Shown here piece by piece: positions 1-13,678 of a DNA stretch of 30,256 nt. A model generated the notes under the pieces. The model was not told the DNA's origin. It saw only the letters and a list, made by a program, of their open reading frames with translations, and did no database searches. Within the stretch, counting starts at the first letter, position 1. Each line of letters opens with the position of its first letter. Source of the DNA: a virus (lineage: Duplodnaviria > Heunggongvirae > Uroviricota > Caudoviricetes). The stretch lies in IMG/VR virus record IMGVR_UViG_2563366827_000006, positions 1 to 30,256 of that record; one strand, 5' to 3'. A program made the position numbers and the translations under genes.

Positions 1-66
1 GGGCACCGCCGTTCTGCTGATACGGCTGAGGTTTTCAACGGCCTGCTCAAGACCTTTTATGGCCAT
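1..66 (-). CDS. Z: Tail component Z, N-terminal fragment (gene continues beyond window start)
   Basis: Reverse complement of 1-66 translates MAIKGLEQAVENLSRISRTAVP, matching remembered N-terminus of lambda gpZ; ATG at 66-64 lies just downstream of FII stop. Confidence 0.7.
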   Translation of the reverse strand, partial: MAIKGLEQAVENLSRISRTAVP

Positions 67-77
67 ACATCCCCCTT

Positions 78-431
78 TCAGCGGCGACGGTTAACGGCAG
101 GCGGTACGCCCCGTCCAAGCCAGAGATGACAGCTTCCACCATCATCCGGCGAAACCCGATCTACCCAGAAATTTTCCTCACCGATGGTCAGCGTGTCTCC
201 ACGCCGCAGCTGCCGCACCTCATCAGTCCGGACAAACAGGGACGGGCTGGAGCCTTCAACGCGCACGCCCTGTCCGGCATAGCTGATATTTTCAGGGTCA
301 TCAAAAACACCACGTATCACCGCACCTGACTGCTCACCGGATGTCATGGTGGCTGACGTTCCCATGTACCCGCGAATCGTTTCATCGGCGCGGGCAATGG
401 CAGCATCGAACAGGTTATCGAAATCATCCAC
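78..431 (-). CDS. FII: Head-tail joining protein FII
   Basis: 117-aa ORF near-identical to remembered lambda gpFII (…DFDNLFDAAIARADETIRGYMG…); conserved lambda gene order. Confidence 0.92.
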   Translation of the reverse strand: MDDFDNLFDAAIARADETIRGYMGTSATMTSGEQSGAVIRGVFDDPENISYAGQGVRVEGSSPSLFVRTDEVRQLRRGDTLTIGEENFWVDRVSPDDGGSCHLWLGRGVPPAVNRRR

Positions 432-442
432 AGCGCCTCCCG

Positions 443-841
443 TTATTGCATTCTGGCCAGGCCGCGCTCTGTCATTTCGGCTGCCACACCGGCAGAGACA
501 CGAAACGCCGTTCCCGGCAGCACAAATGCCACAGGTTCATCCCGCGTGGCGTGAAGTGCATCAGTATGCAGCGTCACCAGTGCCACGACCGTGACCAGTT
601 CAGACGTATCCAGAATCACGGTATCCGGCTGCGCTGATCCCACCTCATTTTCATGTCCGGTCAGCACATTTTCCCGGCTGAGAGGGGTGTCCTGACCGGA
701 AGTTTCATCCGTGTCATCAAGCTCCTCTTCCAGCTCTGCCACACGGAGCGCCAGTTCTTCTTTCGTCCCCGTCAGGCTGACATCACGGTTCAGTTGTTCA
801 CCCAGCGAGCGGAGACGGGCAATCAGTTCATCTTTCGTCAT
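443..841 (-). CDS. FI: DNA packaging / head completion protein FI
   Basis: ORF 443-880 contains MTKDELIARLRSLGEQLNRDVSLTGTKEELALRVAEL… matching lambda gpFI (132 aa); start refined to ATG at 841. Confidence 0.9.
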   Translation of the reverse strand: MTKDELIARLRSLGEQLNRDVSLTGTKEELALRVAELEEELDDTDETSGQDTPLSRENVLTGHENEVGSAQPDTVILDTSELVTVVALVTLHTDALHATRDEPVAFVLPGTAFRVSAGVAAEMTERGLARMQ

Positions 842-882
842 GGACTCCTCCACAGAGAAACAATGGCCCCGAAGGGCCATGA

Positions 883-1908
883 TTACGCCAGTTGTACGGA
901 CACGAACTCATCAGGGTCAGCCAGCAGCATCAGCGGTGCTGACTGAATCATGGTGAACTCACGCGCCGGATCGCCGGTGGTCACCCAGTTTTTCGGGTAA
1001 CGGGCAGAGGCGTTAATGCCTTCGCGCTGTGCGTCCGCATCCTGAATGCAGCCATAGGTGCGCAGACCGCGTGCCTGAGTGTTCCCCAGCACCATCGTGT
1101 TGTCCGGCAGGAAGTTCTTTTTGACGCCGTTTTCCACGTACTGTCCGGAATACACGACGATGGCCACATCGCCATACATCCCCTTATAGGACACCGCTTT
1201 ACCCAGGTCTTTCACCGCTGTCTCCAGCTCGGAATGAGAGCCGCGACGGGTATCCAGCTTCTCCTTGACGGCTTTGAAGGAACGGAACAGCGCCCAGCCT
1301 TTCGGATCGAACACGATGATATTCACCACGCCGCTGGCGTTCAGCGCGTAGGCTTCGATATCGTCGGTCGGGTCATACGTGGACTTGTCACGCTTGCTCC
1401 ACTCCGTGCCGCCGGACTGCGTGATGTTATTCTCCTCACTGCGGCCCATATCCACCTCAACCGGATCGAAGGCTTCACCGGTCATGGTGTATTTGCCCTT
1501 GAGCACGGCAGAAACTGCCTGCATCTCTTCGACCTGAGCAATGGCCAGCTCTTCGTCACGCATGTTCTGCATGATGATGCGACGGCGGCGGTAAGCCGGG
1601 TCCGCCAGATTCTGCGGATCTTCATCCGGCAGGCGACGCAGGGTCATCTGCGGATTCACTTCATGCTTGGGTTTGACATATCCCGGCGTAAATTCAGAGG
1701 TGGAGCCGCCACGGGAACGGATAACCTCACCGGAAACAATCGGCGAAACGTACAGCGCCATGTTTACCAGTCCCGGAATTTGTGAGAGATAGACTTTCTC
1801 CGTGGTGAAGGGATAGCTCTCACGGAAAAAGAGACGCAGAAACAGCGGATCAAACTTAAATTTCTGCTCATTTGCCGCCAGCAGTTGGGCGGTTGTGTAC
1901 ATCGACAT
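883..1908 (-). CDS. E: Major capsid protein E
   Basis: Translation from MSMYTTAQLLAANEQKFKFDPLFLRLFF… matches lambda gpE over 341 aa; start refined from ORF-track 1935 to ATG at 1908. Confidence 0.95.
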   Translation of the reverse strand: MSMYTTAQLLAANEQKFKFDPLFLRLFFRESYPFTTEKVYLSQIPGLVNMALYVSPIVSGEVIRSRGGSTSEFTPGYVKPKHEVNPQMTLRRLPDEDPQNLADPAYRRRRIIMQNMRDEELAIAQVEEMQAVSAVLKGKYTMTGEAFDPVEVDMGRSEENNITQSGGTEWSKRDKSTYDPTDDIEAYALNASGVVNIIVFDPKGWALFRSFKAVKEKLDTRRGSHSELETAVKDLGKAVSYKGMYGDVAIVVYSGQYVENGVKKNFLPDNTMVLGNTQARGLRTYGCIQDADAQREGINASARYPKNWVTTGDPAREFTMIQSAPLMLLADPDEFVSVQLA

Positions 1909-1963
1909 AAAAAAATCCCATAAAAAAAGCCGCACAGGCGGCCTTTAGTGATGAAGGGTAAAG

Positions 1964-2296
1964 TTAAACGATGCTGATTGCCGTTCCGGCAAACGCGGTC
2001 CGTTTTTTCGTCTCGTCGCTGGCAGCCTCCGGCCAGAGCACATCCTCATAACGGAACGTGCCGGACTTGTAGAACGTCAGCGTGGTGCTGGTCTGGTCAG
2101 CAGCAACCGCAAGAATGCCAACGGCAGCACCGTCGGTGGTGCCATCCCACGCAACCAGCTTACGGGTGGAGGTATCCAGCATCAGCGGGGTCATTGCAGG
2201 CGCTTTCGCACTCAATCCGCCGGGCGCGGTTGCGGTATGAGCCGGGTCACTGTTGCCCAGCGGCTGGTAATGGGTAAAGGTTTCTTTGCTCGTCAT
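1964..2296 (-). CDS. D: Head decoration protein D
   Basis: [27 protein letters not shown]… matches lambda gpD (110 aa); start refined to ATG at 2296. Confidence 0.95.
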   Translation of the reverse strand: MTSKETFTHYQPLGNSDPAHTATAPGGLSAKAPAMTPLMLDTSTRKLVAWDGTTDGAAVGILAVAADQTSTTLTFYKSGTFRYEDVLWPEAASDETKKRTAFAGTAISIV

Positions 2297-2305
2297 AAAC
2301 ATCCC

Positions 2306-2701
2306 TTACACTGGTGTGTTCAGCAAATCGTTAACGGCATCAGATGCCGGGTTACCTGCAGCCAGCGGTGCCGGTGCCCCCTGCATCAGACGATCCAGCG
2401 CAGTGTCACTGCGCGCCTGTGCACTCTGTGGTGCTGCGGCCAGAATGCGGCGGGCCGTTTCCACGGTCATACCGGGGGTTTCTGCCAGCACGCGGGCCTG
2501 TTCTTCGCGTCCGTGAGCCTCCTCACAGTTGAGGATCCCCATAATGCGGCTGTTTTCTGCCGCAACCGCAGCGGTGATCTGCGCGTTCACGTCCGGCTGC
2601 GCCGCGCTGGCGTTTTCGCCCTCCGTCGCTGGCACCACGTCAGTAACGTCAGCCTGCGAAGCAGTGGCTGAAACAGTTGTTGATTGAGTCTCTTTGGTCA
2701 T
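2306..2701 (-). CDS. Nu3: Scaffolding protein Nu3 (in-frame internal start within C)
   Basis: Internal ATG at 2701 gives MTKETQSTTVSATASQADV… 131 aa sharing the C-terminus of C, as for lambda Nu3. Confidence 0.75.
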   Translation of the reverse strand: MTKETQSTTVSATASQADVTDVVPATEGENASAAQPDVNAQITAAVAAENSRIMGILNCEEAHGREEQARVLAETPGMTVETARRILAAAPQSAQARSDTALDRLMQGAPAPLAAGNPASDAVNDLLNTPV

Positions 2702-3605
2702 TCGCCCTCCTGAGAGACGGGATTTACGTGCATCCAGTGCATCACGCATGACGGTGATCGCATCGGTGCTGTTAACAAGTTCATCAGCCAGTCCGGCATC
2801 AATGGCCTCCTGACCGCTGTACACTGCAGCCTCGGTATCCAGCACAGCCTGCACGGACAGGCCGGTATATGCCGACACCTTCTGCGCAAACATCTGGCGG
2901 GTTGCGTCCATCCGGGACTGCAGTGTCTCCCGGACGTCATCCGGAAGATGGCTGTAGGGGTTGCCATCCACCTTATGGCTGCCGCTGTAAATCAGCGTGA
3001 TTTCCACGCCCTGTTTCTCCAGCGCAGCACCGTAATTACTGTGAGCCATCATGACGCCGATGGAGCCTGTCCGGGCGGTCTGCGTGACCAGACGCCGGGA
3101 GGCGGCACTGGCAAGCAACTGACCTGCACTGCAGTTCATGTCGTTGGCAAGCGCCCATACCGGTTTTATGTCACGCACACGGGCGATGATGTCAGCGCAG
3201 TCAAATGCCCCCGCCACCATCCCGCCGGGCGTGTCCATATCGAGCAGAATGCCGTCCACCATCGGATCGCTGGCAGCCTGTTGCAGACGGGCGATAATGC
3301 CGTTGTAACCGGTCATCCCCGAGTACGGCTGCAGCGCCCGCGTCCGGCTGACCAGCGTGCCGGACACCGGCAGCACGGCGATGCCGTTCATGACCTGATA
3401 ACTGCGGGCCTGTCGTGGTCCGTCATCATCACCGGATAATGCCAGCGTCGCGAGTGCCTCCTGGGCAGCCAGGCTGTCGCCGGACACCGCATCCGTCAGG
3501 CGGCTGATCCCAAGCTGGCCTGCAAGCGCACAAAAGAAAACCCGCGCATAGGCGGGTTCAAGCATCAGCGGCTCATTAAAGGCCATGCTGGCAATATGCG
3601 GGAGA

Positions 3606-3625
<20 letters not shown>
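2306..3625 (-). CDS. C: Head maturation protease / minor capsid protein C (GTG start)
   Basis: ORF 2306-3760 contains VTAELRNLPHIASMAFNEPLMLEPAYARVFF… matching lambda gpC (439 aa); GTG at 3625-3623 preceded by GGAGGAG RBS; overlaps B 3' end as in lambda. Confidence 0.88.
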
Positions 3626-7306
<3,681 letters not shown>

Positions 7307-7332
<26 letters not shown>

Positions 7333-7852
7333 TCAGCAACCCCGGTATCAGTTCATCCAGCGCGGCTGCTTTGTTCATGGCTTTGATGATATCCCGTTTC
7401 AGGAAATCAACATGTCGGTTTTCCAGTTCCGGAAAACGCCGCTGCACCGACAGGGGGATCCCGTCGAGAATACTGGCAATTTCACCTGCGATCCGCGACA
7501 GCACGAAAGTACAGAATGCGGTTTCCACCACTTCAGCTGAGTCTCTGGCATTCTTCAGTTCCTGTGCGTCGGCCTGCGCACGCGTAAGTCGATGGCGTTC
7601 GTACTCAATAGTCCCTGGCTGGAGATCTGCCTCGCTGGCCTGCCGCAGTTCTTCAACCTCCCGGCGCAGCTTTTCGTTCTCAATTTCAGCACCCCTTTCG
7701 GCATACCATTTTATAACGGCGGCAGAGTCATAAAGCACCTCATTACCCTTGCCACCGCCTCGCAGAACGGGCATTCCCTGTTCCTGCCAGTTCTGAATGG
7801 TACGGATACTCGCACCGAAAATGTCAGCCAGCTGCTTTTTGTTGACTTCCAT
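7307..7852 (-). CDS. Nu1: Terminase small subunit Nu1
   Basis: 181-aa ORF MEVNKKQLADIFGASIRTIQNWQEQGMPVLRGGGKGNEVLYDSAAV… matches lambda Nu1; overlaps A start as in lambda. Confidence 0.95.
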
Positions 7853-8100
7853 TGTTCATTCCACGGACAAAAACAGAGAAAGGAAACGACAGAGGCCAAA
7901 AAGCTCGCTTTCAGCACCTGTCGTTTCCTTTCTTTTCAGGGGGTATTTTAAATAAAAACATTAAGTTACGACGAAGAAGAACGGAAACGCCTTAAACCGG
8001 AAAATTTTCATAAATAGCGAAAACCCGCGAGGTCGCCGCCCCGTAACCTGTCGGATCGCCGGAAAGGACCCGTTGGCCGTTCTGGTCTACTTCGTAATGG
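7853..8100 (-). other. cos: cos region (cosB / cosN / cosQ); 12-nt cohesive-end sequence AGGTCGCCGCCC at 8030-8041 (reverse complement of lambda GGGCGGCGACCT)
   Basis: Sequence 7940-8060 is reverse complement of remembered lambda left end (GGGCGGCGACCTCGCGGGTTTTCGCTATTTATGAAAATTTTCCGG…), about 178 bp upstream of Nu1 start. Confidence 0.85.
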
Positions 8101-8518
8101 GATTTAATAGCTGAACGACAAAAGTCTTGCGACCACAGTCACACAGACCTGAATACACGTCCTGTTTCTTCCACCCCCGCACAGGACTGGCGAGCATGAG
8201 GGACACCCCCGCGAACCATAAACGCGGTAAAAACCCGGTGTGCATCGTTTTTGATTATTCCCGCACACTCACGCAGAAGGAATTCCCCGTCGGGCTACGG
8301 TCATGGTTAATGCGGGAATACGGCGACGATACAGCGCAGCTAAAAGGGTAATGGACAGATAGAGCGGTTTATTTCATTCCACAGGATTCTGAGTGCCCCC
8401 CCTCCTCCAATAGGCTGAGCATCCACCTATATAGTTTTAATTTTCATCAATCCATTTAACTATCGTTTAATTGTTGTCACATAGGATTCTGCCGTTTTTA
8501 ACAATGCAGGATAATAAG

Positions 8519-8812
8519 ATGAAAAAAATGTTGTTTTCTGCCGCTCTGGCAATGCTTATTACAGGATGTGCTCAACAGACGTTTACTGTTGGAAACAAAC
8601 CTACAGCAGTAACACCAAAGGAAACCATCACCCATCATTTCTTCGTTTCGGGAATTGGGCAGAAGAAAACTGTCGATGCAGCAAAAATTTGTGGTGGTGC
8701 AGAAAATGTTGTTAAAACAGAAACCCAGCAAACATTCGTAAATGGATTGCTCGGTTTTATTACTTTAGGCATTTATACTCCGCTGGAAGCGCGTGTGTAT
8801 TGCTCACAATAA
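8519..8812 (+). CDS. bor: Bor lipoprotein (serum-resistance associated outer-membrane lipoprotein)
   Basis: MKKMLFSAALAMLITGCAQQTFTVGNKPTAVTPKETITHHFFVSGIGQKK… matches lambda Bor (97 aa) with lipobox LITGC; ATG at 8519 inside ORF 8471-8812; opposite strand to lysis genes as in lambda. Confidence 0.9.
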   Translation: MKKMLFSAALAMLITGCAQQTFTVGNKPTAVTPKETITHHFFVSGIGQKKTVDAAKICGGAENVVKTETQQTFVNGLLGFITLGIYTPLEARVYCSQ

Positions 8813-8843
8813 TTGCATGAGTTGCCCATCGATATGGGCAGCT

Positions 8844-9305
8844 CTATCTGCACTGCTCATTAATATACGTCTGGGTTCCTTCCAGTTGTTTTTGCATAGT
8901 GATCAGCCTCTCTCTGAGGGTGAAATAATCCCGTTCAGCGGTGTCTGCCAGTCGGGGGGAGGCTGCATTATCCACGCCGGAGGCGGTGGTGGCTTCACGC
9001 ACTGACTGACAGACTGCTTTGATGTGCAACCGACGACGACCAGCGGCAACATCATCACGCAGAGCATCATTTTCAGCTTTCGCATCAGCTAACTCCTTCG
9101 TGTATTTTGCATCGAGCGCAGCAACATCACGCTGACGCATCTGCATGTCAGTAATTGCCGCGTTCGCCAGCTTCAGTTCTTTGGCATTTTTGTCGCGCTG
9201 GGCTTTGTAGGTAATGGCGTTATCACGGTAATGATTAACAGCCCATGACAGGCAGACGATGATGCAGATAACCAGAGCGGAGATAATCGCGGTTACTCTG
9301 TTCAT
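8844..9305 (-). CDS. Rz: Inner-membrane spanin Rz
   Basis: ORF 8844-9317 contains [41 protein letters not shown]… matching lambda Rz (153 aa); start ATG at 9305 overlaps R stop. Confidence 0.9.
   Translation of the reverse strand: MNRVTAIISALVICIIVCLSWAVNHYRDNAITYKAQRDKNAKELKLANAAITDMQMRQRDVAALDAKYTKELADAKAENDALRDDVAAGRRRLHIKAVCQSVREATTASGVDNAASPRLADTAERDYFTLRERLITMQKQLEGTQTYINEQCR
8903..9085 (-). CDS. Rz1: Outer-membrane lipoprotein spanin Rz1 (embedded in Rz, +1 frame)
   Basis: 60-aa [63 protein letters not shown] lies wholly within Rz; lipobox VVGC; proline-rich, as lambda Rz1. Confidence 0.88.
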   Translation of the reverse strand: MRKLKMMLCVMMLPLVVVGCTSKQSVSQCVKPPPPPAWIMQPPPDWQTPLNGIISPSERG

Positions 9306-9799
9306 TGCTGACCCCACAAACAGATTTCACGCTCAATCTCACGACGAGTCATGAGACCTTTCCATTGCTTACCGCCAGCATATGTCCAGCGACGTAGCTG
9401 ATCACATGCGCCTTTGATATCGCCCTGGTTTATTTTGCGAAGAAGCGTCGATGTTCTGAAATTGCCAGCACCCACGTTGTAAACGAATGAGTAAAGAGCG
9501 CCGCGCGTTGTTTCCGGTATATCGACTTCGATGTACGGGTTAATTTGTCTGGCGACAGTGGCAAGGTCTTTATTCAAGAGTGCTTTGCATTCTGCTTTGG
9601 TATACGTTTTACCGAGCATGATGTCTTTTCCTGTATGCCCGTGACATACAGTCCATACACCAACAATATCTTTGTATGGTATGTAGCTGACACCTTCCAG
9701 ACCATCGTTACCACTTGGGCCAGTGATTAACACTGATGCTATAGCAATTGCTCCGCCACCAATAGCAGCAGCAACGGCTTTTCGTAATGATGGAGGCAT
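9302..9799 (-). CDS. R: SAR endolysin (phage-21-type lysozyme, T4-lysozyme-like fold with N-terminal signal-arrest-release domain)
   Basis: 165-aa [62 protein letters not shown]… matches remembered phage 21 R; Gly/Ala-rich weakly hydrophobic N-terminus typical of SAR domains. Confidence 0.88.
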   Translation of the reverse strand: MPPSLRKAVAAAIGGGAIAIASVLITGPSGNDGLEGVSYIPYKDIVGVWTVCHGHTGKDIMLGKTYTKAECKALLNKDLATVARQINPYIEVDIPETTRGALYSFVYNVGAGNFRTSTLLRKINQGDIKGACDQLRRWTYAGGKQWKGLMTRREIEREICLWGQQ

Positions 9800-10014
9800 T
9801 ATTCACCTCTCGCAGCCTTGCGCTTATCTTCTTTAATCTTGAAATAAAGGTTTGTCAGGTACGTCAGCAGGCCAAATACCAGGCTACCCAGCACACCTAT
9901 TGCTGCCCACTGTGAGGGCGTGACTTTATCGAGCAGCTGTAAAAACCAGTAACCGGCACTACCTGCTGAGGTGCCATAGGCGACACCCGTTGTTAACTTA
10001 TCCATGGATTTCAT
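9799..10014 (-). CDS. S: Pinholin S21 (dual start: ATG 10014 gives 71-aa form MKSMDK…, ATG 10005 gives 68-aa form MDK…)
   Basis: ORF 9799-10059 contains [71 protein letters not shown], matching phage 21 S; stop overlaps R start by 1 nt. Confidence 0.88.
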
Positions 10015-10602
10015 AACCCCACCTCGCAGACAAAGCGGGTGTAAATTGAGGGAATACAACGTATCGCAAAAAAGCAGAAACGTAACAGACTCGGAGTCAG
10101 TGAATAACTTAGGTATTGAGTTATCAGCTAATATCGAGACTCAAAAAATGGAAAAACCAGCTCGACGGCGGGTTTAAGCTGTGTGACGAAGTAACCACTC
10201 TTAACAGCATAACCAATTTTTTACGTACGTAAACCACTGAATGATATTTATGAGAATGCTACCGAGTGTTCAAAACACCACCACAAATACATAAGAAAAC
10301 CTCAACAAATAACCAATAAATAATTTCCAGCGTTATTTTTAGTTGATTTAAATTAAACCGTCAAATTATAGAACCCCCATAAATAACAGCCATTAATATA
10401 AATTAGCTAATAGGTTTATTTTTGTTCAAATAAGAGCCATAAATAGGTTTTGATAGAAAAAGTTCAGATAAAAATAGAGATCTACTTCACAAATTAAATG
10501 AGAAACTAAAACTTACATCTTGAAATAATCACATTGATTAGATGAATATTTATCTCGCAGTGACATCATTTTTTAATAATAGTTCAAAAAAAAGGGCTCA
10601 CG

Positions 10603-11700
10603 ATGAAAAAATTAACAGTGGCAATTTCTGCTGTAGCTGCATCAGTACTGATGGCGATGTCTGCTCAGGCAGCTGAAATTTATAATAAAGACAGTAACAA
10701 GCTGGATCTGTACGGGAAAGTTAATGCCAAGCACTACTTTTCCTCTAACGATGCAGATGATGGTGATACTACTTATGTTCGTCTGGGCTTCAAAGGCGAA
10801 ACCCAAATCAACGATCAGCTGACTGGTTTCGGTCAGTGGGAATATGAATTCAAAGGCAACCGCGCTGAATCTCAAGGTTCCTCCAAAGACAAAACCCGTC
10901 TTGCATTTGCAGGCCTGAAATTCGGTGACTACGGCTCAATCGATTACGGCCGTAACTACGGTGTAGCATACGACATCGGTGCGTGGACTGACGTTCTGCC
11001 AGAATTCGGTGGCGATACCTGGACCCAAACAGATGTGTTCATGACTGGTCGTACCACTGGTGTTGCAACCTATCGTAACAACGACTTCTTTGGTCTGGTT
11101 GATGGTCTGAACTTTGCTGCTCAGTACCAAGGCAAAAACGATCGTAGCGATTTCGATAACTACACCGAAGGTAACGGTGATGGCTTCGGTTTCTCTGCTA
11201 CCTATGAATACGAAGGATTCGGTATCGGTGCAACTTATGCGAAATCTGATCGTACCGACACTCAAGTTAATGCAGGGAAAGTTCTTCCTGAAGTATTTGC
11301 TTCCGGTAAAAATGCAGAAGTTTGGGCCGCAGGTCTGAAATATGACGCTAACAACATTTACCTGGCCACTACCTATTCTGAAACCCAGAATATGACTGTA
11401 TTTGCTGATCACTTCGTTGCTAATAAAGCTCAAAACTTCGAAGCTGTTGCACAATATCAGTTCGATTTCGGTCTGCGTCCGTCCGTTGCTTACCTGCAAT
11501 CTAAAGGTAAGGATCTTGGAGTATGGGGCGATCAGGACTTAGTCAAATATGTTGATGTAGGTGCAACCTATTACTTCAACAAAAATATGTCTACTTTCGT
11601 TGATTACAAAATCAACCTGCTTGACAAAAATGACTTCACTAAAGCACTCGGTGTAAGCACTGATGACATCGTTGCTGTAGGTCTGGTTTACCAGTTCTAA
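10603..11700 (+). CDS. nmpC: Outer-membrane general porin, OmpC/OmpF family (prophage-encoded NmpC/Lc type)
   Basis: 365-aa ORF with signal peptide [23 protein letters not shown] and C-terminal …VAVGLVYQF; matches remembered NmpC/Lc; sits between Q and S on the opposite strand as in DLP12 and PA-2. Confidence 0.9.
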   Translation: MKKLTVAISAVAASVLMAMSAQAAEIYNKDSNKLDLYGKVNAKHYFSSNDADDGDTTYVRLGFKGETQINDQLTGFGQWEYEFKGNRAESQGSSKDKTRLAFAGLKFGDYGSIDYGRNYGVAYDIGAWTDVLPEFGGDTWTQTDVFMTGRTTGVATYRNNDFFGLVDGLNFAAQYQGKNDRSDFDNYTEGNGDGFGFSATYEYEGFGIGATYAKSDRTDTQVNAGKVLPEVFASGKNAEVWAAGLKYDANNIYLATTYSETQNMTVFADHFVANKAQNFEAVAQYQFDFGLRPSVAYLQSKGKDLGVWGDQDLVKYVDVGATYYFNKNMSTFVDYKINLLDKNDFTKALGVSTDDIVAVGLVYQF

Positions 11701-11716
11701 TCTGATTACGAAAAAG

Positions 11717-11750
11717 ATATGTTGCGGGAGGCTTTGCCTCCCCAACATAT
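11717..11750 (-). terminator. Long hairpin followed on minus strand by CTTTTTC; candidate late-operon tR'-like terminator or Q-utilisation structure
   Basis: ATATGTTGCGGGAGGC-TTT-GCCTCCCCAACATAT near-perfect inverted repeat; T-run follows on minus strand (complement of GAAAAAG at 11710-11716). Confidence 0.45.
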
Positions 11751-11837
11751 AAGTGGCTCCCTCAAGCCACTTCCTTTAGGAGCACAACCTTGCTTCTAAC
11801 TATATAAACCTTCTGTTATATATTACCCTTTATTTTT

Positions 11838-11863
11838 GGGGGCGTTGCAACGCCCCATTTTTA
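11838..11863 (+). terminator. Rho-independent terminator candidate downstream of porin gene (GGGGCGTTG/CAACGCCCC stem followed by ATTTTTAAT)
   Basis: Perfect GC-rich palindrome 11838-11856 followed by T-run on + strand. Confidence 0.6.
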
Positions 11864-11889
11864 ATAACTTTTAGTAAACAACTGGCATA

Positions 11890-12273
11890 TTAATTAGAGT
11901 TATTAACAACGATATCCATCTCTAACCGGATATCTAATGCCATTAACATCCCTTCAATTATACCCTCAGCCTTCTGTAACCTTTTCCCGATATAACCATC
12001 AGAGCAGCAATGCTTACCTGCCAGTGACATGAATGTCATACCGACTACATAATAATCTACTAATAAATCGTGCAAATCGCTGTTGTTCTTTTTCAGACGG
12101 GCCATGCACCCGCAAATGATCATCGCGTCATCGTCACAACATTGCGGGCGAGATTTTACTTTTGAAGGAATTAATCCCTTAAAACCGGCGGCAATGGACG
12201 ACCAGGTCACATCTTCATGATTATTAGCCGCCCACGCTCCCCAACGCTCAAGAACCATCTGAATATCACGCAT
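11890..12273 (-). CDS. Q: Late-gene antiterminator Q (DLP12 QuuD type)
   Basis: ORF 11890-12288 contains [49 protein letters not shown]… matching remembered DLP12 QuuD (127 aa); start taken at ATG 12273. Confidence 0.85.
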   Translation of the reverse strand: MRDIQMVLERWGAWAANNHEDVTWSSIAAGFKGLIPSKVKSRPQCCDDDAMIICGCMARLKKNNSDLHDLLVDYYVVGMTFMSLAGKHCCSDGYIGKRLQKAEGIIEGMLMALDIRLEMDIVVNNSN

Positions 12274-12495
12274 CAACTTACTCCACAAAAATCAGACCAG
12301 AACGCCAATTACAAGCAAAAATCAACAAAACAGTATTAGTTGATTGTTATCTCTGACTTCATACTCCTGCTCCTGTCAGGGTTTTGGCGTAACTCTTCAG
12401 TATTCGGTAATCGGTCAAAACAGAACCGGGGAAACGATATAAGCGCAGACGCCCCCAGCGGTGGCGAAGAAGTTCTGCCATATAAAACTCAAACA

Positions 12496-12858
12496 TCATT
12501 CATTCCCCATTTCGGTGATGGTCAGTTCCAGCCTCCCACCTTTGGTAACAGGCATCTTCACAACGCGGTAATCAACGACTTGAGCATCATCCAGCCAGAA
12601 ACCTGCTTTAGTGAGTGTGTCAAAAGCGGCTTTTTGCAGATTATCCAGGTCACGGCGACGGCGATCCGGCATGTGGCACTCAATGCGGATTTTCACAGGC
12701 ATAGCCAGGCCGATATCCAGCATTGCGTTTTTAATGATTCGGGCGACGTTATCGCGGTATGCCTGCCCCTCTGCGCTGACGTGCGTGCGCCCGCGATTAT
12801 GGCGGTAATAGCGATTATTGCTCGGAGGCCAGGGTAATGTGATGCTGTAGGTATTCAC
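12496..12858 (-). CDS. rusA: Holliday-junction resolvase RusA
   Basis: 120-aa [45 protein letters not shown]… matches RusA. Confidence 0.93.
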   Translation of the reverse strand: MNTYSITLPWPPSNNRYYRHNRGRTHVSAEGQAYRDNVARIIKNAMLDIGLAMPVKIRIECHMPDRRRRDLDNLQKAAFDTLTKAGFWLDDAQVVDYRVVKMPVTKGGRLELTITEMGNE

Positions 12859-13145
12859 GCCTTAATAACCCCCTCTTTCAGCCAGATAACCTGTGTTCTC
12901 GCCATACCTTCCAGCGCGCATTCTTTTGCATATGCAGCATCGACAAAATGTGTGCGGCGGTCGATTTCGTCGTGGCAGGCAGAACATGCAATGGTGGCAA
13001 TCAGGTCTGGCGGTTTGGTACCGGTGCCGCACAATCCAGTCAGCCGGATATGTGCCAGTACAGACGTTTCAGGGTTGCCATTACATACGCCAGGGATTCT
13101 TACCTGGCATTCCCGACCACGCGCTGCTTTTCTCAAATCAGCCAT
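12855..13145 (-). CDS. ybcO: YbcO-like protein (NinF/YbcO family, Cys-rich putative nuclease)
   Basis: ORF 12855-13184 contains [42 protein letters not shown]… (96 aa from ATG 13145), matching remembered DLP12 YbcO. Confidence 0.8.
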   Translation of the reverse strand: MADLRKAARGRECQVRIPGVCNGNPETSVLAHIRLTGLCGTGTKPPDLIATIACSACHDEIDRRTHFVDAAYAKECALEGMARTQVIWLKEGVIKA

Positions 13146-13308
13146 GATTCCTCCTTGCTGCCAGTCGCAACCATTTTTTATCAACCAGGCTGGCGGTATA
13201 TCCGAGCAGTGTTGGTATTTCGGAAGGCTTCAGCTCCGGTTTACGCTTACGACGATTTGGTACTCTGTAGATGTGTCCGTTCATGACACGAATAAGCGGT
13301 GTAGCCAT
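13138..13308 (-). CDS. ninE: NinE protein
   Basis: [56 protein letters not shown] (56 aa) matches lambda/DLP12 NinE; the ORF-track start at 13329 lies inside IS3, so the start is taken at ATG 13308. Confidence 0.82.
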   Translation of the reverse strand: MATPLIRVMNGHIYRVPNRRKRKPELKPSEIPTLLGYTASLVDKKWLRLAARRNHG

Positions 13309-13378
13309 TACTCTGATCTTACCCAGCAATAGTGGACACGCGGCTAAGTGAGTAAACTCTCAGTCAGAGGTGACTCAC

Positions 13379-13678
13379 ATGACAAAAACAGTATCAACCA
13401 GTAAAAAACCCCGTAAACAGCATTCGCCTGAATTTCGCAGTGAAGCCCTGAAGCTTGCTGAACGCATCGGTGTTACTGCCGCAGCCCGTGAACTCAGCCT
13501 GTATGAATCACAGCTCTACAACTGGCGCAGTAAACAGCAAAATCAGCAGACGTCTTCTGAACGTGAACTGGAGATGTCTACCGAGATTGCACGTCTCAAA
13601 CGCCAGCTGGCAGAACGGGATGAAGAGCTGGCTATCCTCCAAAAGGCCGCGACATACTTCGCGAAGCGCCTGAAATGA
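13379..13678 (+). CDS. insE: IS3 transposase OrfA (InsE)
   Basis: [54 protein letters not shown]… matches IS3 OrfA; ATG at 13379. Confidence 0.92.

Noticed and set aside
1234-1785. 183-aa + strand ORF inside the major capsid gene E (similar antisense ORFs at 2237-2671, 2948-3439, 4773-5213, 5515-6177, 6505-7272, 7371-7951)
   Set aside because: Each lies wholly antisense to a well-supported lambda structural gene; compositions are typical of shadow frames in GC-rich coding DNA.
8127-8351. 74-aa ORF between cos and bor
   Set aside because: Starts with TTG, has no convincing RBS, and I recognise no homolog; it lies in the cos-flanking region. Left unannotated.
8793-9005. 70-aa + strand ORF overlapping Rz/Rz1
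   Set aside because: Antisense to Rz and Rz1, which already use two frames of this segment; a third coding frame is implausible.
12340-12837. 165-aa + strand ORF antisense to rusA and the Q-rusA intergenic region (similar antisense ORFs at 12893-13147, 12948-13286, 12952-13332)
   Set aside because: Antisense to the conserved rusA/ybcO/ninE genes; no RBS; likely shadow ORFs. A small ylcG-like gene may exist in 12289-12495 on the minus strand but is below the ORF-track size limit and was not verified.
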